Counted from the stretch's first letter, positions 19,094 through 29,024 are shown. The stretch: 64,000 bases of DNA from a virus (IMGVR_UViG_3300033072_000326:1-64000); one strand, 5' to 3'. Translations and numbers: made by a program. The notes: a model not told the origin generated them from the sequence alone.

Positions 19094-20443
19094 ATGGCAC
19101 ATAGCGCACTTCGTATTAAAGAGAAGCTGTGCAACACACCTCACCTTATTTCTCCTGCATCGTTTGACACCATTCTTTCTTACATTGATTCCAGAGAACT
19201 CTCTAATGAGAAAATGGATAATGGTGGGGAGGTTGATGAAGCCTCCTACTCGTACAGTGAGAATGGTGTCGGGTTTATTGAGATTAATGGTGCATTAACT
19301 TACAAGCCTACAGGCATGGAAATGCTTTGTGGTGGTACAAGTTATATGAGTATTCTAGAAGCCATGCATGAGCTTATAGAAGAGGAATGTCACACTGTTG
19401 TTCTGTCTATTGACAGTGGCGGTGGTGAAGCCTACTCAATGATTCAGACAGCAACAGAGCTGCGACAGCTTGCAGATGCAGAGGGTATTAAACTCCTTGC
19501 ATATGTAGACGGTATGGCTGCTTCTGCTGCTTATGGATTGGCTTGTTCTGCACATGAAATTATTCTCAACCCTGATGCAGAGGCTGGGTCTATTGGTGTT
19601 GTTGTTCGTCTGATGAATGACAGCAAGCACTTGGAACAAGAAGGATTTGAGCGTTCGTTTGTTTATGCTGGGAATAATAAAATTCCTTATGCAGCAGATG
19701 GAAGTTTTAGAAAAGAATTCTTGGATGATATTCAGTATCGTGTTGATGCTATGTATGAGCAGTTTACAGGCTTTGTAGCTGAGTATCGGAATATGTCGCT
19801 AGAGTCTGTTGTTGCTACACAAGCATCTGTCTTTATGGCTAAAGATGCTGTGTCACTAGGCTTGGCAGATAGTATTAAAACACGAGAACAATTCTTCAAC
19901 TACCTCGCGGATATTAGCGAGGAACAGAAATATAACGGAGGAACAATGCTTCCAAAACTTTTTAACATGTCCAACAAACAGAAGGAAAAAGCTGAGATGG
20001 CCGATTACGCCACGCTGCAAGCACAACTGGCTGAATTTGAAACAGCACAGATTGCTATGGCAGAAAAAGTAGCAGCTTATGAAGCCTCCCTCACTGATCT
20101 GACTGCTAAGGTTGAAGCTGTCACTCAAGAGCGTGATGCTGTTAAAGCTATTTTGCAACAAAAACAAGATGACGAAGCTGCTGCTCAAAAAGCTGCTGCT
20201 GAAGCAAAACAACAAGCCCGTCTTGATGCTCTGAAAGAAGCTGTTGGTGATGTAGAAGCCGAAGCCGCCTTTGACGACATTAAAGAGCTGTCCGATGAAG
20301 CTTTCTCCCGCACTGTAGCACGTATGGCTGCTGCTGTCGATAAGACAAATGAAGTGCTGGGTGATAAAGGTTTCACCGTTGAGCAAGAGGCACAAGCTGC
20401 TGACGTTGTACCGTTCTCTAAATATCTGAAAACCTCCAAATAA
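19094..20443 (+). CDS. S49 prohead protease with C-terminal scaffold domain
   Basis: IDSGGG, MAASAAY, GSIGVV; Ala/Glu/Lys coiled-coil C-terminal part. Confidence 0.9.
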   Translation: MAHSALRIKEKLCNTPHLISPASFDTILSYIDSRELSNEKMDNGGEVDEASYSYSENGVGFIEINGALTYKPTGMEMLCGGTSYMSILEAMHELIEEECHTVVLSIDSGGGEAYSMIQTATELRQLADAEGIKLLAYVDGMAASAAYGLACSAHEIILNPDAEAGSIGVVVRLMNDSKHLEQEGFERSFVYAGNNKIPYAADGSFRKEFLDDIQYRVDAMYEQFTGFVAEYRNMSLESVVATQASVFMAKDAVSLGLADSIKTREQFFNYLADISEEQKYNGGTMLPKLFNMSNKQKEKAEMADYATLQAQLAEFETAQIAMAEKVAAYEASLTDLTAKVEAVTQERDAVKAILQQKQDDEAAAQKAAAEAKQQARLDALKEAVGDVEAEAAFDDIKELSDEAFSRTVARMAAAVDKTNEVLGDKGFTVEQEAQAADVVPFSKYLKTSK

Positions 20444-20452
20444 GGAAACAAA

Positions 20453-20851
20453 ATGACTAAAATTGCAACCCGTGGCGCTAAACTGACTGGCGTTCTGGCT
20501 TGGGAAATGGAACCGGAAGTTGGCTACAGCCGCTCCACTGCAACTGTAACTGTTGAAGCAGGTATGGATGTTGGTAGTGTTGTTGTTCTGGCTGCTGGTA
20601 AATATAAATGGGTAGCTGCTGCCGATGTGGCAACTCTGGCTGCTGATGTACGTGTTGTTATCGACCCAACCATCACCGAAGTTGGCACTGGTGACAAATC
20701 TCTGACCCTGCTGGGTAATGAGTTGGCTGTAGCCCCTGCTATGGTTGTTCGTGCTGGTCTGAAATTCAAAGATGCTCTCTCTGCTGGTCAAATCGACACC
20801 GTTATCACTAAACTGAACGCCAAAGGCATTCGTGCCGTTGCTCGCGTATAA
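20453..20851 (+). CDS. Head decoration protein
   Basis: Position between protease and MCP; YSRSTATVT...GSVV pattern. Confidence 0.75.
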   Translation: MTKIATRGAKLTGVLAWEMEPEVGYSRSTATVTVEAGMDVGSVVVLAAGKYKWVAAADVATLAADVRVVIDPTITEVGTGDKSLTLLGNELAVAPAMVVRAGLKFKDALSAGQIDTVITKLNAKGIRAVARV

Positions 20852-20868
20852 TCGAAGGAAAATAATAA

Positions 20869-21909
20869 ATGCTGATTCGCGATTACGTAAATTCTTTTAA
20901 AACGACCGAGTGGACTGACCAGATCAACCGTGTTGAAAACCAATATGGTTATATCAACTCCCGTGACTATTTCGGCCCTGTACGTTCCACCTCCACTAAC
21001 GCAATCGTGTTTGATGTTAACAAGCATAACATCACCCTGCTGCCTCAAGTGAATCGTGGCGATCATTCGTTTACCGACGGTAAAGAACGTGACGTTGAAA
21101 CCTTCGCTCTGAAACTGGCCTACTTCAAACACCACGACCGTCTGACCGTCGAGGATATTCAAGATTGGCGTCAGCCGGGCAGCATGGAACAAGAAACCTA
21201 TGCTCGCTCCTTCGCTGAAAAAGTGACCGACATGCGTATGGCTGCTGACCAAACTAAAGAATACATGAAGCTGCAAGCTTTCAAGGGCGTGTTCAAAACC
21301 CCTGATGGTAAAGTAGTGGCTGATATGTTCAACGAGTTTGGTGTTACTCAGAAAACCATTGACTTCGCTCTCGGCACCGCCTCCACCAACATTGATGGTA
21401 AGATTGCTGAACTGAAACGCTACATCGCTTCCAACATCAAACAAGGTGGTAGCATCAACGGTGTTGAAGTGTTGGTTGACCCGTCGTTCTACGACAAACT
21501 GATTAACCACCCATCCATCAAAACCGCGTACCAATACTACCTGAACTCTGGCGCTCAACGTCTGCGTGATGATCTGGCACAATACATGAGCTGGGGCGTA
21601 ATGGACTTCTTCGAGCATCGTGGTATTCGCTTCATCTCCTACGACGCCACTTTCAACCTGCCGAACGGTACTACCGAAGCCGGTGTTGCAGCTGATACTG
21701 GTCATGCGTTTGGTCTGGGTGCTCGTGACCTATTCCGTTCGTATGCTGGCCCTTCCAACAAACTGTCGGAAGCTAATCAGCCGGGTCAAGAGATGTTTGT
21801 TCGTACCTATCTGGATGAGCGTGATGAGTATGTAGATTTCGAGCTGGAAATGGCTCCTCTGTACTTCTGCACCTCGCCTGCATCGCTGGTTCGTCTAACA
21901 ACAAACTAA
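20869..21909 (+). CDS. Major capsid protein (lambda E-like family)
   Basis: 346 aa, strong codon bias, DMFNEFGV, VLVDPSFYDKLINHP, PLYFCTSP. Confidence 0.92.
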   Translation: MLIRDYVNSFKTTEWTDQINRVENQYGYINSRDYFGPVRSTSTNAIVFDVNKHNITLLPQVNRGDHSFTDGKERDVETFALKLAYFKHHDRLTVEDIQDWRQPGSMEQETYARSFAEKVTDMRMAADQTKEYMKLQAFKGVFKTPDGKVVADMFNEFGVTQKTIDFALGTASTNIDGKIAELKRYIASNIKQGGSINGVEVLVDPSFYDKLINHPSIKTAYQYYLNSGAQRLRDDLAQYMSWGVMDFFEHRGIRFISYDATFNLPNGTTEAGVAADTGHAFGLGARDLFRSYAGPSNKLSEANQPGQEMFVRTYLDERDEYVDFELEMAPLYFCTSPASLVRLTTN

Positions 21910-21917
21910 GCAAGAAT

Positions 21918-21935
21918 GCCCCGAAAGGGGCTTCT
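21918..21935 (+). terminator. Hairpin/terminator after MCP
   Basis: GCCCC-GAAA-GGGGC followed by TTCT. Confidence 0.6.
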
Positions 21936-21983
21936 CCTGCACAATGGCCTTTCATTCGAGAGGCTATTCTATAGGAGAATTCA

Positions 21984-22406
21984 ATGGCATTAGACTTTAC
22001 AAAAGCTGTTGATAGGGTGAGACTGACTGTAGGTGATACAACTGAATTACCTATTTTCCCTGATGCGCTCTATCAACAAGTATTGGATAAAAACTCTGGA
22101 GATGAAAAAGCAACATCACTGGAGATGGCTCAATACATTTTTGGCTATATCAGCCAGCATGGCTTCCGTGAAAGATCGGGACAGTATGAAGTTTATGGTA
22201 GAGAGTGGCTTCAGAGCTACATGGACTTCCTGAAAACATTCTTGCTGTCTGCCGGTAATGCAAATGTTCTTGGTGCTAAGACATACGCTGGTGGTATTAG
22301 CATTTCTGACATGGATGCCAATGACCTCAACCCAGATGTTAACGGTGTTCCAACAACATCTTATGATGCCATTTTAGGTGTCAACTATGACTATCTTCGT
22401 TTCTAA
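21984..22406 (+). CDS. Head-tail adaptor
   Basis: VRLTVGDT motif, YAGGIS; synteny after MCP. Confidence 0.7.
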   Translation: MALDFTKAVDRVRLTVGDTTELPIFPDALYQQVLDKNSGDEKATSLEMAQYIFGYISQHGFRERSGQYEVYGREWLQSYMDFLKTFLLSAGNANVLGAKTYAGGISISDMDANDLNPDVNGVPTTSYDAILGVNYDYLRF

Positions 22407-22845
22407 ATTCAAAGCTGATACAAAGGCTTTAGATAAATTGGTGGAACGTGTAGCGTTGCTGAAAAGAACACAGCTTGGTGTGGGCTTCTTTGATGGAGAC
22501 ATTCACGAGCCTTCTGGTGAAACAGCAGCTTACATTGCAGCCATTAACAATGAAGGTAGCCCCTCTGATAATATCCCCCCTCGTCCATTCTTGACAGAAG
22601 CTCTTTCTATGTCTTTTAAAGGCAAAGCAGCTTTACGTCCAATTAAAGACATTTTGAATTACAAAATCCCTCTGAAAAAGACGTTAAGCTTAATTGGCGA
22701 GCAAGCTGTTATTATGGTGAAGTGGAATATAGAGAATGGTGCTTGGGTAGATAATGCCCGTAAGACAATTGAAATAAAAGGATTTAACAACCCTCTTGTT
22801 CATACGTCTACACTACCATCTCTAGCAAAATACAAAATCTTTTGA
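22387..22845 (+). CDS. Neck/tail completion protein
   Basis: IAAINNEG...IPPRPFL...KGFNNPLVHT motifs. Confidence 0.7.
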   Translation: MTIFVSKFKADTKALDKLVERVALLKRTQLGVGFFDGDIHEPSGETAAYIAAINNEGSPSDNIPPRPFLTEALSMSFKGKAALRPIKDILNYKIPLKKTLSLIGEQAVIMVKWNIENGAWVDNARKTIEIKGFNNPLVHTSTLPSLAKYKIF

Positions 22846-22855
22846 AAGGGAATAA

Positions 22856-23215
22856 ATGTCAAACGCCCTTTTCAGACTTGTAGGTACAGATGATATTGTA
22901 TTGAAACGACGTGGCCTCCCCACTGTCGTAAAAGGAAAACCTGTCCCAGCTGTAGCAACAGATGTTCCAATTAAAGCTAACATTCAACCGGCAGGATATG
23001 CAGAATTAATGCAACTTCCCGAAGGTGACAGAAGCTCTCAACATATTACAATTATGTCTGTCTCTGAAATTAGAGAATTTCGCGAAGGCAGTTGGGAAGC
23101 TGATGAATTTACATGGGATGGACATTTGTATACAGTGGTGAAGGTTAGGAAATATACAATGCGTGTTCGTAACCACTATCAGGCTATTTGTGCCAGAAAG
23201 CAATTGGTGAAATAG
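22856..23215 (+). CDS. Head closure protein
   Basis: ANIQPA...LPEGDR...D...WDGHLYTV; synteny. Confidence 0.7.
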   Translation: MSNALFRLVGTDDIVLKRRGLPTVVKGKPVPAVATDVPIKANIQPAGYAELMQLPEGDRSSQHITIMSVSEIREFREGSWEADEFTWDGHLYTVVKVRKYTMRVRNHYQAICARKQLVK

Positions 23216-23216
23216 A

Positions 23217-23747
23217 ATGCTAATGGATGATTTGGAGAATGCTCTTTGGGATGCTGTGAAAGCAGTTACACAACTTCCTGACGATCATATCCTTTATGAC
23301 AGAACAAACGCCCCTGAGCCGAATGCAACACACATTGTTATTCGTCCCATTCATCTCAACCCTGTTGGCGGTGTTTCTCGTTCCACATTGTTGCAAACAG
23401 ACGGTACACAGCGTTCAACCCTCAATCATGAATACTACGTTCAATTCACAACTGTTGGTGATAATGCAGGCAATTTGGCTGCTGAATTCATGTCTGCTTT
23501 TGACAATGAATATACGTGCGAAGAGTTCACTAAACGTAAGATTAGTTTCCTACGCAAGACATATGCACGTAGAGTTCCTAAGCTTCGTGAAGATGAGTGG
23601 GTGAGTGCTTATAATTTTGAATGCTTCTTCATTGTCAATATTGAAACGAAGACAAACACTCCTGCCATCGACTACATCAAATACACATCCACCTACAAGC
23701 CTGACAATATTAGTAATACAACATGGCTTCCATCCACACCTCCCTGA
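23217..23747 (+). CDS. Tail terminator protein
   Basis: Position immediately before the sheath; synteny. Confidence 0.6.
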   Translation: MLMDDLENALWDAVKAVTQLPDDHILYDRTNAPEPNATHIVIRPIHLNPVGGVSRSTLLQTDGTQRSTLNHEYYVQFTTVGDNAGNLAAEFMSAFDNEYTCEEFTKRKISFLRKTYARRVPKLREDEWVSAYNFECFFIVNIETKTNTPAIDYIKYTSTYKPDNISNTTWLPSTPP

Positions 23748-23770
23748 AAAACCTCCCTAAAGGAAATTAA

Positions 23771-25060
23771 ATGAGCAAGGTTTCTGATTTTATCAGTATT
23801 CAAATCAGCCGTCAGACACAAGCTGTTGCTCGTGCAGCCTTCAACATCCCGATGTATCTGGGTACACACGCAGCCTTCACTGAACGTGCTCGTGTATTCT
23901 CCAGCTTGGATGGTGTTGCAGAGTTGTTCGACAGTGCCTCTCCTGTTTACAAAGCAGCAGAGAAAATGTTTGGTCAAGAGTTGGTTCCACAACAAATCGT
24001 TATTGGTAAACGCGCTGTACAAGGTGCAACCATCTCTGTTAGTTCTGTTCTAGCCTCTTACGCTTACAAGTTCACAATCAACGGTCAAGAGCTGACATTC
24101 ACCTCCGATAGTACACCAACTGGTGCTGAAATTGCAACTGGCTTGAAAGCAGCTTTTGATGCAGCCTCTCCTGCTATTGTTGGTGTAACAGCTACAGTAG
24201 CTGGTGCAACACTTGTTCTGGCTGCTGCTAGTAGTTGGAGTGTTAAAGTTGGCACCAATCTGTCCCTGACCTACGATGTTGCAACTGAAACTTGGACTGA
24301 CGCTCTGAATGCTGTTGGTGCTGCTAACAACAACTGGTATGCATTTGCCGCCAACACCCACCTGAAAGCTGACCAGCTGGCTCTTGCTGCTGCTGTAGAA
24401 GCTCGCAAACAACTCTACTTCACTTCCAGCTCTGACAGTACAGCCAAGGCAACCACCACCACTGATATTGGTCAAGCACTGAAAGACCTTGATCGTGATC
24501 GTACTCTTGTAATTTGGTCGTCTGTTGCAGACACTGAAGAACCAGAAGTGGCAGTGATGAGCAAGTTCCTGCAATACACTCCCGGCTCTGCTGATCTGTG
24601 CTACAAGCAATTCTCTGGCGTCACTGTTCAGTCTCTCACTGATAATGAAGTGGCTAACCTGAAAGCCAAGAATTACAACGTATACGAAACTGTTGGCGGT
24701 GTCAACATGTTCTCTGACGGTAATATGGCATCTTCGGAACCATGCGACAACATGATTGTATCCGACTGGTGTGAGAGCCGTATGCGTGAGCGTGTGTTCT
24801 TCAAGCTGGTTAATCTGCTGAAACTTGGTTACACCCGTTCTGGTGCCGCAATCATTGAGAATGAAATTCGTGCTGTACACCAAGAAGGTGTGTTGTCCGG
24901 TGCATTTAGCCCCGATGTTCCTCCGATTATCTCTGTGCCAGACCCTGTAACTATTGACCCTAATCTGCGTGCTCAACGTAAGCTGGAGAACATCCAATTT
25001 GAGTTCCGCTTGGGCTCGGCCATCCGTCGCATTGGGATTAAGGGCACACTCACCGTATAA
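23771..25060 (+). CDS. Tail sheath protein (DUF3383-like)
   Basis: 429 aa, NNWYAF, YKQFSGV, DWCESRM, FEFRLGSAI. Confidence 0.88.
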   Translation: MSKVSDFISIQISRQTQAVARAAFNIPMYLGTHAAFTERARVFSSLDGVAELFDSASPVYKAAEKMFGQELVPQQIVIGKRAVQGATISVSSVLASYAYKFTINGQELTFTSDSTPTGAEIATGLKAAFDAASPAIVGVTATVAGATLVLAAASSWSVKVGTNLSLTYDVATETWTDALNAVGAANNNWYAFAANTHLKADQLALAAAVEARKQLYFTSSSDSTAKATTTTDIGQALKDLDRDRTLVIWSSVADTEEPEVAVMSKFLQYTPGSADLCYKQFSGVTVQSLTDNEVANLKAKNYNVYETVGGVNMFSDGNMASSEPCDNMIVSDWCESRMRERVFFKLVNLLKLGYTRSGAAIIENEIRAVHQEGVLSGAFSPDVPPIISVPDPVTIDPNLRAQRKLENIQFEFRLGSAIRRIGIKGTLTV

Positions 25061-25072
25061 TAGGAGAATAAT

Positions 25073-25597
25073 ATGGCAACACAAACTCTAGCTACATTTG
25101 CCCCAGAAGACGTAAAGGTGATTGTTAGTCGTGGCGATTTCACCCACGTAATTTCTGGCTACTCGGAAGATGCAATGGTGGGGATTGCCCGTAACTCCCC
25201 TACTTTTGAAATGTTTGTCTCGGCTGATAACCAATCTACCCGTGTATACAAAGCAAACACATCCGCCACTGTAACACTGACACTGAATCAAACCTCTGTG
25301 TCGAATGATGTTCTGTCTCAGCTTTATCTGAATGACAAAGCCTCTCGTAACAGCTCCGGTTTGTTTGAAGTGCAAATCTTGGATATGTCGGGTCGTTCCC
25401 GTTACACTTCCAAGCAAGCATTCATTGCTGTTGTTCCAGACAGCTCGTTCTCCAACTCTGTTCAAACTCGTGAATGGCAAATCTTCTGCGACAGCCTTGA
25501 CACCATCATTGGCGGTAATGCTCTGATTGGTGAAGATGATGCTGCCACCCTGACAGCTCTTGGTGCAACAGTAGATGCTAAATGGCGTAGCAATTAA
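25073..25597 (+). CDS. Tail tube protein (DUF3277-like)
   Basis: TFAPEDV...TLTLNQTS.SND.L...REWQI. Confidence 0.8.
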   Translation: MATQTLATFAPEDVKVIVSRGDFTHVISGYSEDAMVGIARNSPTFEMFVSADNQSTRVYKANTSATVTLTLNQTSVSNDVLSQLYLNDKASRNSSGLFEVQILDMSGRSRYTSKQAFIAVVPDSSFSNSVQTREWQIFCDSLDTIIGGNALIGEDDAATLTALGATVDAKWRSN

Positions 25598-25609
25598 TAT
25601 TTAGCTGTA

Positions 25610-25649
25610 AAGGTGAGGAAGAGGACATTGTTCCACTTCCTCCTTTTCT
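25610..25649 (+). terminator. Terminator after tail tube
   Basis: GAGGAAG/CTTCCTC stem followed by CTTTTCT. Confidence 0.55.
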
Positions 25650-25669
25650 GTTATAACGTAAGCGTTCTA

Positions 25670-25697
25670 TTGACAAATAGAATTTTCATGCTATAAT
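25670..25697 (+). promoter_or_regulatory. sigma70-type promoter
   Basis: TTGACA-16 nt-TATAAT with TG extension. Confidence 0.8.
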
Positions 25698-25722
25698 AGA
25701 AAGAAAAGAAGGGACACAAAAC

Positions 25723-26238
25723 GTGTATACATATTCTCCTTCTGACGTTTCGATTCTAATTGCCGGACATGAAATCAGTGGACTGGCAGATGGAACATTC
25801 GTCACGATTGAACCAGAAGAGAAATTCTTCAAATCTAAACGTAATGCTGATGGCTCTATTTCTAGGACATTGCAACGTACACAACCACATAAACTAACAC
25901 TGTCTATTACACAAACTTCTCCCTCAAACGACTATCTCAACCTTCTACTTAATCTAGATAAGACATTTGCTGATGCTATTGTTCCAGCTTACATTAAAGA
26001 CTGGAGTAGCGGGACAAGCATTCTTATTGCTCAAATCTGGATTGACAGCTTACCACAGATTGTCTACGCAAATGGGATGGAGATGCGTGAATGGGAGTTG
26101 TGCTTCACATCTGAAATCATTAGCTTGTCTGGTGAAAACCAAGATGGACTATATCAGACATTCCTCAAAACTGTAAGTAGTGGGTTGCCATCTTTTGACA
26201 ATCTTCGCACTTATGCTTCTTCCTTGATTGGTGGCTAA
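25723..26238 (+). CDS. Tail-tube paralog 2
   Basis: TYSPSDV...LSITQTSPSNDYL...REWEL, parallel to 25073-25597. Confidence 0.7.
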   Translation: MYTYSPSDVSILIAGHEISGLADGTFVTIEPEEKFFKSKRNADGSISRTLQRTQPHKLTLSITQTSPSNDYLNLLLNLDKTFADAIVPAYIKDWSSGTSILIAQIWIDSLPQIVYANGMEMREWELCFTSEIISLSGENQDGLYQTFLKTVSSGLPSFDNLRTYASSLIGG

Positions 26239-26806
26239 TATGGGATACGTTCGTACATACTCCCCAGAAGACCTCATCATTCAGGTGGGAGGTAATGAGG
26301 TTGTGGGATGGAACAGTGTTAAGGTGGAGCGCACAACACCTGTTTTCAAACAGATTGAAGGCATTAGAGGTAGTGTAGCTCGCGCACAAACACTACGTTC
26401 TTCGGCAACAATTACACTGTCTATCGACCAAAATTCAACATCTAATTTGATGCTAAATACGTTGTTGAAATTAGATGAACGTGGGCAAGGTAAATTGCTC
26501 AATGTGTTCATCAAAGATAGCACAATGCCTGCAACAGTTGGTGGAATGTTGGTTGATGGCGGTACAACAATTCAAAGCTTGAGCTGCTACATTGACGGCT
26601 ATCCAGATGTTGAATTCACAGATGAAAGTGTGGACAGAGTTTGGACAATTAGAGCATTGTCTGTAACAACAATGAACATTGGTCAAGGGTATTCCATGCG
26701 TGAATACTTGATTGAGCAAGGATTGGCTGTTCTCTCTCCATACATTAATTCTGCAACGTCTGCAATTTCTGAAAGCCTTCCAAGCATTACACGACTATTT
26801 AAATAA
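26228..26806 (+). CDS. Tail-tube paralog 3
   Basis: TYSPEDL...LSIDQNSTSN...RVWTI. Confidence 0.7.
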   Translation: MVANMGYVRTYSPEDLIIQVGGNEVVGWNSVKVERTTPVFKQIEGIRGSVARAQTLRSSATITLSIDQNSTSNLMLNTLLKLDERGQGKLLNVFIKDSTMPATVGGMLVDGGTTIQSLSCYIDGYPDVEFTDESVDRVWTIRALSVTTMNIGQGYSMREYLIEQGLAVLSPYINSATSAISESLPSITRLFK

Positions 26807-26824
26807 TTCAAGGAGCAAAGAATA

Positions 26825-27247
26825 ATGAACGAACTTCCTCAAACAGAAGTGGTGGTAAAAGGTAAAACCTATCTGATTACAGCATTTGGTGGTGTAACAT
26901 CTGCCAACTATTACAAACGATTGATGCGTCTTGTTGGCCCTGCGTTCGTAGCAATGCAAGGCGAAGGTGATGTGCTAGAGGGTAAGAGTGCAGCACAAGT
27001 GGCTATGGAAGTGCTGATGGATTCTACAGATAAAGTAGAAGTGGAGCCACTACTAATCGACTTGATTAAAGGTGCAACTTTTGCAGGTAAAACCATTGAC
27101 GCTGAAACTCATTTTGCTGGTAATCTAGGCGGTCTTTTCACTCTTGTACTTGAAATTGTCAAGTTCAACTTTGAAGATGTTTTTACCGATCTCGTTACCG
27201 CCGTGGGTGGGGTGGTAGCGGGCAAGATGCTCAACTCCCAAGAGTAA
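26825..27247 (+). CDS. Tail assembly chaperone (G-like)
   Basis: Position before TMP; VVKGKTYLI, FNFEDVF. Confidence 0.75.
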   Translation: MNELPQTEVVVKGKTYLITAFGGVTSANYYKRLMRLVGPAFVAMQGEGDVLEGKSAAQVAMEVLMDSTDKVEVEPLLIDLIKGATFAGKTIDAETHFAGNLGGLFTLVLEIVKFNFEDVFTDLVTAVGGVVAGKMLNSQE

Positions 27248-27462
27248 GTAAGAAGATAAAAGAAGTAGAAGATAATTTGTCCGTTGACCCGATTGTTTTC
27301 ACAATAGTTACATCAGAGAAACCTCTTGCAACTTATTGGGAACTACACAATCGGTATACATTCAGCCAAATGCTTGATCTGTACGAGATGATGGAGGCAA
27401 GAGCCACTATTGCAGATGAGGCGCACAAAGAGGCTGAACGAAACAGCGGAGGTGGTAGTTAA
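27181..27462 (+). CDS. Tail assembly chaperone -1 frameshift extension (T-like)
   Basis: The -1 frame is open from 27175 to 27462, starting at GTTTTTA (27179-85), with a 12-bp hairpin at 27191-27222. Confidence 0.6.
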   Translation, partial: FYRSRYRRGWGGSGQDAQLPRVSKKIKEVEDNLSVDPIVFTIVTSEKPLATYWELHNRYTFSQMLDLYEMMEARATIADEAHKEAERNSGGGS

Positions 27463-27466
27463 AATT

Positions 27467-27499
27467 GCCCTTGCCTTTATGGCAGGGGCTTTTACTTTT
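27467..27499 (+). terminator. Rho-independent terminator before TMP
   Basis: GCCCTTGCC-TTTAT-GGCAGGGGC followed by TTTTACTTTT. Confidence 0.75.
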
Positions 27500-27509
27500 A
27501 AGGAATATA

Positions 27510-28952
27510 ATGGCTGAAAAAATAGCTGATTATTTTGGGCAGCTTGGGTTTAGAGTTGATGATAAAGGGTTAAAGGAATTTGTCGCTAAACTTGATGCCT
27601 TGGCTAAACAGATGAAGGGTCTGACGAAAGCAGCTGGCACTACCAATGCAATACAAAAAGTTGCAGACGGAATGAAGTCTATTGGTGACAAGGCTAAGGT
27701 TGCTGGTGATGCTGTTGATAAAGCAGCAGATAAGATGGTGAGGGCTAATAAGAAGGTTACGCAAGCTCAAATAAAAGAGCAACAAAAACTGGATAAAGCT
27801 CTCAGCAGAGGTAACGCATCTAACCCATTAACAGAATTACAAAATAGAATTAAGGCAAACACAGCTAAACGAGCCGGTATGCAAGGTGGCGCAAGTGCTG
27901 CCGAACAAGCCCGTCTCGATGCTTGGTTTGCCGCAGCCGCTAAAAAAGAACAAGCGTTAATGCGAAGTAGCAGTGCTGCATACAGACGATCTTCTCTGCT
28001 TGGCAGTAGGCAAGTTGCGGGTATTGTTGGTGGTGCTAGTCGAAGTGTTGCTGCCAGAAGCGCAGCAGATGCCGCAGAGCTTGCACGTTATGAAGCTTGG
28101 TTTGGTAAGGCAGAAAGTAGAGACGCTGCATTAGGTATTGCTGGTGGTAAAGACTACCGTCGTTCTGTAAATGCAGGTCAAGCAAACATCCGTAGTGTAA
28201 TGGCAGACATTCGTGCTGCAAAAGTACAACGAGAGAAAGCCAGTGCTGTTCGTGTTGACAGAGATGCCCTACGGGTACAACGTCGTGCAGAAACAGCTGC
28301 TCGTGAAGATGAACGTCGTTTCCAAAACCGCGTATCACGTACATACTCTCCCACCACATCTAAGCTGATGCGTCAGCAAGCTGACTTCACTAAAGTGCAA
28401 GAGCGGTATAACACAGCCGTAGCAACAGGTAATAAGTTGGAGGCAGAACGCTACCGCCATGCAATGAAATACCTTCGTTCAAACATTCGTGATTTGAACA
28501 GAGAGCGTTTCGAGAAGAACTTAGGTGTGTTCGGAAGAGCCGGTAGAGCAATGGGGTACGGCAGAGGTGCTACAGGTGCTCTCGCAATGCTTCAACCTTC
28601 TCTTGGTATGGTGGCAGCTGGTGGTGCCGCTGGTGCTGGCTATTTCCTGACAGATGCTTTCCGTCAGACGATGGATATTCAATCGTACAAGCAGCAGTTT
28701 CAAGCGTTGTATGGTACGGAAGACTCTGGTAAAGCAGGTATGCAATCCTATCTGGATTATAGCAATAAGATGGGTACGAATGCAAGTAAGAACATGCAAG
28801 AATACCTACGTTTCATGTTTGCATCTAAAGATACAGTTGGTTTGGATACAGGTAGAGGTATTTACGAATCCTTCTCTGTTCTTGCTAAAACCCGTGGTGT
28901 AAAAGGTGATGCGTATAGCCGCTCCCTCACTTCCCTCTCACAAATGTTGAGT
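27510..28952 (+). CDS. Tape measure protein, exon 1
   Basis: ATG 27510 after AAGGA; Ala/Lys/Gln-rich helical; ends SLSQMLS and continues in frame to KGSLMSEEVK after splicing. Confidence 0.88.
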
Positions 28953-29024
28953 TAACCCTTGGCTCAACTAAAACCTTATTAATTGCTGGAACACCCTAAA
29001 GACCCAGATACTCTTAGTCAGATG

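Noticed and set aside
19856-25084. Long antisense ORFs over head and tail genes (19856-20791, 20788-21705, 24050-25084) and similar shadows elsewhere
   Set aside because: They are shadows of strongly codon-biased sense genes, with no SD and implausible composition.
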